DNA of 63,163 nucleotides, counting the filler, from Asterionella formosa (taxonomy: Eukaryota): the NCBI GenBank assembly GCA_002256025.1. It is 20 parts of 20 records of this genome, joined end to end, with 100 filler letters (N's around TTAATTAATTAA, not from the genome) between each part and the next. Parts side by side here need not be neighbours in the genome. Positions count along the whole stretch, not along the records: positions 11,903 to 13,122 come from NKIB01003588.1; positions 13,223 to 14,439 come from NKIB01003589.1; positions 14,540 to 15,759 come from NKIB01003590.1; positions 15,860 to 17,079 come from NKIB01003591.1; positions 17,180 to 18,398 come from NKIB01003592.1; positions 18,499 to 19,718 come from NKIB01003593.1; positions 19,819 to 21,038 come from NKIB01003594.1; positions 21,139 to 40,787 come from NKIB01003595.1; 12 more parts are not named here. One strand, given 5' to 3'. This document shows, in pieces, positions 11,903-22,529 of this stretch. The translations under genes and the position numbers were made by a program. The notes beneath the pieces were generated by a model. It was not told the origin of the DNA. It saw only the letters and a list, made by a program, of their open reading frames with translations, and did not search any database. Every line of letters starts with the position of its first letter. Position 1 is the stretch's first letter.

Positions 11903-13097
11903 ACCTAACCAGTCCCTGGCGAATTGCCAAACTCGCAATCCATGCTATAAACAACACCACAGTGGGGAAACTGAAAGCCTACTCACTTGCAACTTTAGAT
12001 GAGTTAGTACAAGCACGATCACCCAAAGACGTCCTCAACGGTCCAATCACACTATACCACATGGCATGCCCTCATGCAGATCACGCCGCAGGTTACCAAA
12101 AACTAATGGAACACCAAACAAGGCTCACTTTGGATGAACAAGCAAACGAAGCCAATCACCACCGAATAAAGTCAACCACAAACATTCAATACACAAATTT
12201 AGGAGATGACTCCATTGAATCAGTTGCAAAAACATTGATAAACTTTTTAATCTTACTCCGAACACTTGCCAGAACACCTTCAACAATTCCAAACTCACAG
12301 GTGTCTGCATTGACAAACATTTTGTCAAGCTTGGTTGATACAACTTACTATGTCACCGCCAGTGCCCCCAGAACCAGCTTTCAAGCCATACCCAAAGCTG
12401 TACCTTACATTCTCCAGGTAGCTGCAACCACGGTTGCAGCTGTTGCAGACATCAGCCACAACCCAGAAATCCGTCATGCTATTCTTCATGGTCAACCCAT
12501 TTATGACAACCACCCTGCCTTCGATGATTTTTACAGCAGTTGTCGCACAGTGAACAATATCAACGCAGACATACAATGCAGTGCACCAACTTTTAACTCA
12601 TTGTTATGCAACACGCTTTTCATAGAACAAAGCCCCACACAAAACAAAACAAGCTCTACAGATTCCTACAAGTCTCTCCAGAGTTATGACCAGCAAACAA
12701 ACAAACAAAGAACCAAAGATCGACAAAAGGTAACTGACAAAGATGTCGACAAAAACATTCCCACACAAACAAAGAAACCAAGAGCTGAAAATCCCATCTC
12801 AACAGTAACTTACATCAGTTTAGTCCACCCAGTTCCGGCTGATTGGAAAGTACGGGACCATAATCCTTTGGTAGTCCCAGGATCAAATGATGTAAAAGAT
12901 ATTGTGTGTTTGCACACATTACTGAGCACCAAGTATGCCGTCGACCAAACTGCCGATACTGTCACCCCACCAAACCATCTGAAATCGGCACCATAGCCGA
13001 AGCCAAAAAATTCGTCAGTTGGGTTGACAATGACTCCACCATCACTTGGGTGGGAGACACAAAAAAGAAAATCATGGATTGGATCCAGCAGATGTGA
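11903..13097 (+). pseudogene. Frameshifted ORF with C-terminal Cys/His finger; possible gag-like ORF1 of a DIRS/Ngaro-type element
   Basis: Frame open from the contig start to about 12915, then a shift to ..HITEHQVCRRPNCRYCHP..FVSWV. Strong A/C strand bias. Family assignment is an inference. Confidence 0.4.
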
Positions 13098-13222
13098 GTA
13101 AACTAGAAAAACAGTTACACATNNNNNNNNNNNNNNNNNNNNNNNNNNNNNNNNNNNNNNNNNNNNTTAATTAATTAANNNNNNNNNNNNNNNNNNNNNN
13201 NNNNNNNNNNNNNNNNNNNNNN

Positions 13223-13971
13223 GCTTCTGCCTGAGCTCAACTCTTGTAATTGTGTCTTGAGGTCGATACTTCTTGTTCAGAGCTTCCATTACTAAATAAG
13301 CAAGCCCACCTGGCCACTCTGGAGTCATCGCCTTGTACACCAATCCCATTGTTCCTTCAGATGTGAAAGCCATTGATAAATTAGCCATAGCTACACCATT
13401 TCTCCTGATGGCCAGCCAATGCTTTCATCCTGCCATCATCAGTTGTTTCATCAATCAACTCATCTTCTCTTGCTGGCATCATAGCCTGTGGAGCTAATGC
13501 CTCAGCAAATCTGCTAACAGTGGCAAATGCTCTAAATCGAGTATTCCACATTTGAAATTTCTTGTGGCTGGTCTCCATCAAACATTGGAAGTCTCACACT
13601 CATCTTGTCACTATCCTTGGATCCATCCATTGTGACTTAGTACAAACTTTTGTTTTCTTTCTTTCACCGACAATCAGCCTCTGGGTCCTAACCTTTATAC
13701 TTCGAAGTATGTTGAAGGGCTCCAAAGACTAGTACCTTAGTATTCAAGTCAGCAAGGTTTCTCAGATTGTGAACTAATTGTAATTATATCTAAACCTTCA
13801 ATCCTGCCAACTGGTCCTGCCAAACTTAATCCTGTCAAATTCAATCTTACCAAATACAATTCAAGACTTCTACTCCAACTAATTTTGATCCCACTGTCAG
13901 TCCCATGAAACATTTCACGACTTGACTCATCAGACTCTCAACGTCACCCGGAGTCTTTATAGCCTCCAACA
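13223..13971 (-). mobile_element. 5' end of a Ty1/Copia element: LTR 13971-13710, PBS-like site, frameshifted gag from 13630
   Basis: LTR termini TGTTGGAGGCT...AGCCCTTCAACA. GGTTAGGACCCAG (13693-13681) resembles the copia half-tRNAiMet PBS GGTTATGGGCCCAG. Gag reads SVRLPMFDG..KFQMWNTRFRAFA...AMANLSMAF...EWPGGLAYLVMEALNKKYRPQD. Confidence 0.85.
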
Positions 13972-15632
13972 TACTACCCGTAGTAAGGTAATGTTCATAA
14001 GGTAGATGAACATTTTCTTCTCTTGCAGCAGCATATCTTCTGTTCAGCTCCTCAGTATGGCAAGCTCGTTCCCTTATATTGTAAGCAGAGAAATTGCCGG
14101 ATGTCTCAGCATAGCAGCCACTCAATGAAATATTTCTTGAATCTTTTTTTATCGAGTCGCCTATACTCAGGAATGTCACTGTCATGGAGATCCTCCATAG
14201 TCATCTGGTAGAATGCTTTATAGTTGTTGTTTGCCTGTTTGCCTTTAACATCTCTTGGTGTTCTTTGGGAACTGTCAGGTAATGACGTTCCATACGTTTT
14301 GTCATGGCTTCCTTGCTTTTATGAATTTAACTGGCGTGATAATTAGCCAGGCTGACGAGTTACTACCGGTACCAGGTAGTACGTCTACATCTTTTATCAG
14401 CACCTTTAAGTAGCACCTACGGTTATGGTGGTACTATGTNNNNNNNNNNNNNNNNNNNNNNNNNNNNNNNNNNNNNNNNNNNNTTAATTAATTAANNNNN
14501 NNNNNNNNNNNNNNNNNNNNNNNNNNNNNNNNNNNNNNNTCTTCCTTGGCGGGTGCTAGTGCTGCATTGAATGATCCGGATGGATTGCTTGGAGCAGCCC
14601 CGGCGACTTGCCCAAGCGCTGGATGCATGCCGATGATACCTCCCCCTGTTTGGAACTCCTTTGTCTAAACTCACGAGCTGGCTGCGAGTGATGACAGGCA
14701 TGGGCTGCCACTGCCATCGATTTTTACGTCATTACTGGCAGGTGTCCGATGAAAGAATTTCGTTACATGTTTCGAAACATACTAGTTCCTCTGTACAAAT
14801 AGTTTAGTATGATGATGTCACCTTTGCCTTACCTAGTACTACATAGTCCGCACTGCCGTTTTCTTTGATGAAGCACGTGCAGGTCTACCGGTGCTGACAT
14901 GATGCGAACTCGTGCTATCATATTCTTCTCATCGTGTTCTCATCTTTTTATTGATGCATCTCGTGGCGAGATGTATCAGGAACACATACGTACCGTTACC
15001 ATGAGGGCAACCTGGCACCTGGTACTGGTGAGTCTATTACTCCGGAGTAACCTGCTCCAGTACCATTACCAGGGTATCTGGAAAAACACGTTTTGACATA
15101 TGAAAAGATCAAGTTAAATACCGGTAACTCGATTGGCGAAACTTTCCAATCATGTACCGTCCAGTACCAGTAATCACATTTTTGCATTCTTATGTATGAT
15201 CTCCAGGAGATACCAGTTGTTTGTTACCTAGTAGTTGTGTTACACATTGTTCAGATTGCAGTATTTTCTAATCTGGGCGTACTAGCTGATACCAGGTACC
15301 CACCAGGTAGCGTAAATACCGGTATACGGTAAGCATATGTACCGGTGCGATAGTCATCTCGCTCGTATGAAGAGTGACACAGACCCCATGGCAGAGGGCG
15401 GAGAACCAGATTTTTTACCGTACGTGAAATGATGATACCTGTATTGAAAGTATGAGCACGGATATACCTTGTATGTATGATCATTGATGTACCAGGAGGA
15501 TACCTGGTAGCAGGGTTCTCAAATAAATGGATTCAGAGTGGGTTCTCAAGGATTTGATTTTGAATATACGGAGTATATTTATTTATTAGCTAGCAGTCAC
15601 AATTCAATTTCAATTTTGAAGAGCAAGGAAGG

Positions 15633-15759
15633 ATGAGAATTATTCCAACTGTTTTTTTGCTCGCTTCGCTGGCTGCGATGCATCTTCGCCTCGGTACGGC
15701 TGCCTTTTCCATCCAGCCAAGCACGAAGTATGTACTTGAAGCGTTACGTCCAACCCATC
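15633..15759 (+). CDS. 5' fragment of a probable plastid-targeted protein
   Basis: MRIIPTVFLLASLAAMHLRLGTAA-FSIQPST is a signal peptide with an ASAFAP-like cleavage motif (F at +1). Cut by contig end. Confidence 0.55.
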
Positions 15760-15859
15760 NNNNNNNNNNNNNNNNNNNNNNNNNNNNNNNNNNNNNNNNN
15801 NNNTTAATTAATTAANNNNNNNNNNNNNNNNNNNNNNNNNNNNNNNNNNNNNNNNNNNN

Positions 15860-17079
15860 GGAATGAAAGTGCTCAGGCGGCCACTAGCTCCAGGGGAAGA
15901 GGTGGCCTGGCTGAAGTGTTCTTTGTTTTGATTGATAATCGCTGTGAACAGTTGTGAGGATGTTGTTCAGAGCAATTTCTGCATTACAATCTGATGTTTG
16001 AGCTGCATATAATGCCCGTTCTTCAAGATGTGCGGTGCGTAGTGATTTCGAGTGGGCCAGACACTCATTAAGCTTTAGACGTGAAGCTTGAAGACAATTT
16101 GTCAGGTAATCTAGATCCTGTCTATGGTCAAGAAGGGTGGGTAGGTCTGGAAATTTAAGAGTAGAGAGATTTGATAGGCTTGCCAGAGAATCACCAAAGC
16201 GGATAAGATCGGAGCATCGCTTTTTCCAAAAAAGGTAGTCCTGTCCACAGCGCATCAGTTTGGGAGACCAGGGATAGCCATATGAAGCTCGGGCTGATCG
16301 TCGTTCAGCATTCAGAAGAGCTGCTGTGATATCTCTGTCAAGTGATTCATAAGCTGCTTGAATTTACTGTAAGGAGTTGTTTGAAAGATTAAGATGGACA
16401 AGAAGGTTGAGTCAATCAAATACTTTGTGCGAGGTAAGGTATTCGTTGACTGCCCCTAGACATTTGGCACATTGGCCTGGGTTGCTAAGACGGAGCAGGC
16501 GGTGGCTGGGAGCAGTGGGGTCTGTCGAGCTATCCTGGAAGAGTAGTTTTTCGTCGAGATCTACATAGAGCGCTCGATGATCGCTATGGGGGCTTTGGTG
16601 AAAACTCAGAATACCACCCCTTTGGACTGCTGAGAGGAGAAGTGGAGTGCCATGGATAAAGTCAATGTGGCGTCCTCTGGAAGAGGTTGATGCATGGGAT
16701 GGAATGCCGCGGGAGGATAGAAGATCAGTGAGAGAGCATGTACGCAGGAAGAGGGCGATATCAGAATCTGACGCAAGAGAGTTTGCATCCCACATCAAGA
16801 GAACCTCATGATTTTTGGCTGTAAGGGAAATAATGAATGTTTGGAGAGATTGAAGCATTGAGAGCTGTGGATTGGGGTTATTGTCTTTGTAATGTTCAAT
16901 TAAGTGGGAATGCTGATGCTCATATGCTGCTTGTGGGCCTGATCTTTGATTCTGACAGACTCGGTAAGCTGTTATAAATGTCAGGCGGTTATGAGAGTGT
17001 GATCGGAGTGTCTGGTAGCTCCATCTGCCTAGAGGATCACTACCTGTGGCTAGAACTCTTCCGCTGCATCTGCCTGTGA
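15860..17079 (-). mobile_element. LINE (Ambal-like) apurinic endonuclease region, degenerate
   Basis: DPLGRWSY..L...TFITAYRVCQ, VLLMWDAN, GRHIDFIHG and SDHRALYVD are APE motifs of non-LTR retrotransposons. Confidence 0.9.
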
Positions 17080-17179
17080 NNNNNNNNNNNNNNNNNNNNN
17101 NNNNNNNNNNNNNNNNNNNNNNNTTAATTAATTAANNNNNNNNNNNNNNNNNNNNNNNNNNNNNNNNNNNNNNNNNNNN

Positions 17180-18334
17180 TCATACTTAATATACCCAAGT
17201 CATTCACAGGTGAGAAGGGGCTTGAGCTGGGAATATCATCTGACAATGGACTTGATGATGACATGAATCTACTCTTCTTTGAGTAATACTCATCCACAAT
17301 GTTTTCACGTTTTCTGGTTCTCTGAGAAGACAGACTGTCAATCTGATTTGTAATAGATTCCAGTTTTCCATCTAAAATATCAAGCTTGGTTTGGATGTTT
17401 GCAAACATTATATGTTCCAATGGGTATCTAGCTTGTTGTTGCAGAAGACCTTTCATCCGATCACGAGTGCATGCAGCAGATTGACTCAGACCAAACAATG
17501 CATTTCCCACAATTGAATTATTAATCAAATCTTCTGATAAAGCCAGTTTTGCTGCTTCTACTGATGCGTCCTCGACTTTCAGCTGGCCTCTGCTTCCAAT
17601 GGAGCAATCAATTGACATATCAGAAGATTTTCGTTCCTCTGCAACCAATTTTCTAGCTGATGCACGGCCTGCTGATTCTTTCTTGCCATTATCAAAGACA
17701 CAATCCATTGTTAGCAAGAGAATAGATTTGAACTCATCTCTAGCAAATGGTCCAAACAATTTGAATCCAATCCAGCCATGAAAATAATAATCCACAGGCA
17801 TCCCAACATCATCATTCAATGCCACAGCAGCATCCAAGATTTCCTCCTCTCCTCATCATCATCATCATCATCCTCATCATTAGCTGGGTCGCTGTAGCTG
17901 GCTCGACCCTTCAGATATCGAAACATATGGTTTATTACATGGTTGTCATAGTCTTCAACATTGTTCCCGGAAGGCAAAGTCCCATCAGGGAGTAAAAATT
18001 GCGACCCAAATGCTAAGGCCTTCTTCCAATTCAGCAGGGCATGCTGAGCCATCTTCAATAGAGTTCAACCAGTAATTAAAGTGGACATATTTTTCATTCC
18101 AGTGCCTGCAAGAGATCTTGTAGTGAATTGAGAGCCAACAACATATCTGTTTTGATAGTCACGGGAATAGCAATCTTTTAAGACCAAATCAAAGGCAGAA
18201 ACACGATCTGCATTTCTTTCTGGGAGGTTGGTATTCAGCTCCTCTCTACTCCAAAGGTCTTCGAACTGACCCCTTCCCCTCAGCAGGCAGAGACTCCAAA
18301 TATCCAATGCTTCCTTTCACGGATGGATCGCCAT
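17180..18334 (-). pseudogene. Interrupted ORF of unknown function, possibly a DNA-transposon accessory protein
   Basis: One reading path from ATG 18334 through in-frame TGA at 18319 and 18067 and a frameshift near 17840. Contains DGTLPSG, an acidic tract, FHGWIGFKLFGP and a coiled-coil-like tail. Confidence 0.5.
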
Positions 18335-18498
18335 GATAAAGTAGATATATTTTATTCTGAAGATTTTTGATCGTCATTGTTGGCCCTCCTGCTACCTCNN
18401 NNNNNNNNNNNNNNNNNNNNNNNNNNNNNNNNNNNNNNNNNNTTAATTAATTAANNNNNNNNNNNNNNNNNNNNNNNNNNNNNNNNNNNNNNNNNNNN

Positions 18499-19718
18499 GC
18501 CTCAGCAGCACTTGATACAACCTCCTTAAGAATTTGACAGTGGACGTAAATAGCACCGTTAAGAGGAGGGATGGATGTAGTGAGGCTAGGTGGAGACACG
18601 GGTTTACAGCTGAGAAAGTGAATGCCGGCAGCGCGGGAGCGACCACGTGTTTCAGAGAGATAGGAAGCATCGCTTTCAACATGGAGGACCATGTCACTGG
18701 CAGTAAAGCGAAGTGTGGCCTCAGGATGCGTGGCACAATAATTGAGAAGGTGAGTAATAGCAGTCAAGGTAGCCACAGTGGGGGTTGCTTGTTGTGTAGC
18801 CAATGTACCAAGGGCCGGCAACATAGTACAATCAATAGCACGGGCATAATACAATAAAGTACCAAGAATCTCTTGCACACGTGTTTTATCATGGAGGTCA
18901 AGGACAGGGGTGACATCAGAAACAACAAATTGCTGGCGAGCGCCATAACTAGGTGCAGTCCAGGCATGGGGGGCATGTTGTGGGTGTGTTGGAGTGGAGT
19001 GCGTGAAGCGTTGTAGAGCACGAACAATGTAACCAGGCATAGTGAGGTCAACTGTGCGATGTTCATAGTCCCACGTCAGTGTAAGGCCAATGTATCGAGA
19101 GCCAGTCCAATCAGTTGTGAGTCGGTATTTGGTACGTAAAGTGGTGAGGAGACGGTCCACGTCACTACGTTTGGTGTAACGTACACCAAAATCATCAACA
19201 ACAAGCGTAAACATGAGATCACTGGTGGTATCCATCCATAGGCCAGGGGTGACTGGGCAGGGGAGGTAATGATGTGGTAGCAAGAACTGAGCAAGTTGAT
19301 CATTGGCAAGTTTACCAGCTTGAGGCAGCCCATACATGCCACGACGGATTTCGGCATAGAGGTGCCCATCAATGATTTTTGGAGCTAGGTTGTAGAGGGT
19401 TTGAATGTGTGGAGGAATCATCCATATAGGGATGCGCACGTATTCATACTCGGCAGGTGCAAGATGACTTTCCAGATAAAAATCAGATAAATCCAGAGTC
19501 ATGAAGCGGCCACCGGGGGTACTGATGGTGCTGTTGAACAAACATTTTGCAGTAGTGAGATCAGCAGTCTTGGTGCTGACATTGCCAGTGTAAATGACAC
19601 GATCACCCCCAGCAGTCCAACGAACGCGTTGGGGAATGGTTTTTTCAGGGCGATCGGCACACACAATGCGGATGTAAGTGGCGCGTTTGTGTGCGGGCAT
19701 TTCATGCTTATGAATGAA
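18499..19718 (-). mobile_element. Ty1/Copia (CoDi-type) RT and start of RNase H, frame intact
   Basis: RVRWTAGGD, FMTLDLSDFYL, RRGMYGLPQAG, FTLVVDDFGV and ESDASYLSE. Confidence 0.96.
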
Positions 19719-19818
19719 NNNNNNNNNNNNNNNNNNNNNNNNNNNNNNNNNNNNNNNNNNNNTTAATTAATTAANNNNNNNNNNNNNNNNNNNNNNNNNN
19801 NNNNNNNNNNNNNNNNNN

Positions 19819-21038
19819 GATTTCAAATCGTCTACGTGCCAAGTAACTGTGTGCTGTTTGCCATTAACAATGCGATTTGCAACACATGGATCATATGGGT
19901 TTACCTTGAATCCAATTGACTCAATATCCTTCCGAAATTTCTTATAATATAATAATGATGACTGTAACATGCCATATAATGCCTTGATCATCCTAACATA
20001 TAGGACCTTGTTGTTCCCTTCATAAACAACATAATTTTCATAAGTCTCGGGGCTGAGTTCTGTCAACATATTGACAAGTAAACCTCTAATCTTCATAATG
20101 ATTCGTTCCCCTTTTTCTTTCTCATCGATATCCACTTGCACAAATGCATTGGGTATATCTGCAGTCATAACATCGCGATTTTGCTTCGCATCAATTGTTG
20201 CTGTTATCATAACAGATTCAGTCATGGTAGTTGGACTAGCTGCTTCATCTCTTTCCATGTATTCACGTTGCGAACTGCCATTGGCACATGCTCTGCCTTT
20301 AATGCTCTTGTCTCTCTTTTCAACCAAAAAAATTAGACTTTCCATTGCACGTCGCTTTTCGATATCAGTTAGGTCTTCAATCCTAATCGGTTCAAACACA
20401 ACTCTATCATGTAGTTGTTTCATTTCCTTATAAGCAGCGTCTCTTCCTTTCTGGCCAAATTTCTTGAGGCCTTTCCTTAAGCTGTATGACTGAACAAAGT
20501 GAAATGCTTCTTTATCGATACACATCTCATTCATATAACACATTGTCTTTGCGATCACTTTCGCATTATCAGTCGTGTATTCTTCTCGACAGTGTGCTTG
20601 GGTATGCAAATGATTTTGGACCATAGTTAGTTTTGATGGTGGTCTTGAGACTCTTCCAGACCTTGTAGTTCTAACATTTGGGTCTGAGTCATCCTGAGTG
20701 CTTGGATTGACTTCTAACAATGCCTCTTCATTTTCAGTTTCAGTTGCTTGCTCTTCATCCTCATCTTGGATTTCATCTGCATTCATTTCAATATTATTCT
20801 CATTGTTGCCCTCGTCAGGTTCAGGGTCATCCTCTTGAGTATTGTCATTTAATTCGAGCTGTTCTGCTTCATATATTTCATCCGGAGTCATTTCATCATA
20901 GTCTTCTTCTCCGAGAATTTCATCATTGCTTTCGTTGTCACTAGCATCTTGATCTTCATAATCTTCGTCTTGTGCATCTTCAAATGCTTCATTATCATAA
21001 TCCACTCCTGCAATCCAAGCACTATCATAAAATAGTTG
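19819..21038 (-). mobile_element. Ty1/Copia (second lineage) acidic linker + RT, frame intact
   Basis: KGLKKFG, KGRACANG, TADIPNAFV, KALYGMLQSSLL, NPYDPCVAN and WHVDDLK. Confidence 0.96.
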
Positions 21039-21138
21039 NNNNNNNNNNNNNNNNNNNNNNNNNNNNNNNNNNNNNNNNNNNNTTAATTAATTAANNNNNN
21101 NNNNNNNNNNNNNNNNNNNNNNNNNNNNNNNNNNNNNN

Positions 21139-21787
21139 AACAATCTGTAAAGACCGAATCGTATGCAGGATTACCAGATCTAAGTAGAGCAGGATGACCC
21201 TTGTGGGTACTGCATCCCTTATACCACTCATCAAAGGGCATATCACGACAGTCTTGACAAGCCTGTATGTAGTTACCAGTTTGATTGTGAGCCTTATGAA
21301 TGCACCATACTGCCGTACGAAATCCCTTACGCTTTTCAGGGGCATTCCAATCCCCACGACATTTTATAAGATGCCCCATGACATCGTAAACTTCCTTTCC
21401 ACCAAGATCCAATAATGTCATACTTGGTGCATTGTATTTCCACCATACATACATTACAAGGGATTCTACCTTCATCGATGGACAGTTTGCAGGACATTTG
21501 TCCCTAAGCATCAACAGTGACTCATAATCACCAATCAACTTGAAGAATTTTGTAAGACCACGAAAGTGAACCTCATAGCTTAGCTCTGTACGATACCGGA
21601 GTGCACTTGTACCAGTCAATTTTGCCAAGCGTCGGTCAACAGATGTCTTTTTCAATTTGTCCAAAGCATTCAGAATTCCTTGGGCTACTTTATCTTCAAT
21701 ATCTGCTGTTGTATCCTTGGCATATAAGACATCCCGAGGTAGATTGGCAAGCTTTTTAGTCTCACCGCGTGTATTCTTCTTACTCAT
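21139..21787 (-). mobile_element. N-terminal part of a probable Crypton(S)-like tyrosine recombinase, cut by contig end
   Basis: T..SY..HFRGL..FF.LIGDYES...C..C...GC..H...GNP resembles the core-binding region of stramenopile Crypton-type recombinases. The catalytic domain is not in the window. Confidence 0.5.
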
Positions 21788-21932
21788 TCTGACAATTCAA
21801 GTATATGGATGCGAAATTGGCAAGTTAAGTGAACAAATTATTCATCAAATGTTGGCGGGCTGTAATTTTTAGGATCACATGTATTCCTATACAGTTATGT
21901 ATATTTATATAGTTGCACGGATTTGATATAGT

Positions 21933-22005
21933 CTGGTGCAATTCAGGTTACTCTAAGTAAAGTGGTGCAATTGGTGGTGCAATTGTGGTGCAACGGTGGT
22001 GCAAA
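21933..22005 (+). repeat. Tandem TGGTGCAA motif array upstream of the Crypton-like ORF
   Basis: Five copies of TGGTGCAA, four of them at 11-12 bp spacing. Confidence 0.9.
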
Positions 22006-22340
22006 TGCCAATGGGCAGTTGAATTTACGAATAGTTTTTCCAGTTTCATCCCGTTTTGGGAAAAGTCCCGGTATTCCAGTACCTGGTGCCAGGCACCAGA
22101 TACCAGGTAGTACATAATCTTGGTTCATCATCATGGAAGACAGGATTGATGGTACCTGGTACCAGGTATATGAACATACAGCGACAAAGAGTGTTTATAT
22201 TTTTATTTAGCAATCTCGACAAGGAATCTATATTCGTATTCGCAAATTTCCACTGAATTAAATATTTTCAAATGGAATAGCTAATTAAATTCTTAATTCA
22301 AGGGAATTTTGACAACCCTAAGCAATATATTAATTTTTGC

Positions 22341-22367
22341 CTAGGGTTTCAAATGCAGCTACCTTAA
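22341..22367 (-). mobile_element. TTAA-flanked terminus (Kolobok-like), shared with 62879-62905
   Basis: Reverse complement TTAAGGTAGCTGCATTTGAAACCCTAG vs TTAAGGTTGCTGCATTTGAACCCCTAG (2 mismatches). Confidence 0.55.
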
Positions 22368-22405
22368 TAAATAAATAAGATTGCTGTGTACCCTATAACG
22401 TCAGT

Positions 22406-22529
22406 TCACTTCTGCAGAGAAGTGGCAGTTATCCCTCATAGATATTTTGAAAAGCTTCGAAGCCCCTTTTTTGGGATCGTTACGATTCCAAGAGGGATAC
22501 CGGTAATTGCCACTTCTCTCCAGAAATGA
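22406..22529. mobile_element. 124-bp hairpin/MITE-like element
   Basis: Arms TCACTTCTGCAGAGAAGTGGCAGTTA and TAATTGCCACTTCTCTCCAGAAATGA (3 mismatches in 26), extended by TCCCTC/GAGGGA. Confidence 0.7.

Noticed and set aside
14540..14701. Possible gene start MPVITRSQ, divergent from 15633
   Set aside because: Too short and truncated to support.
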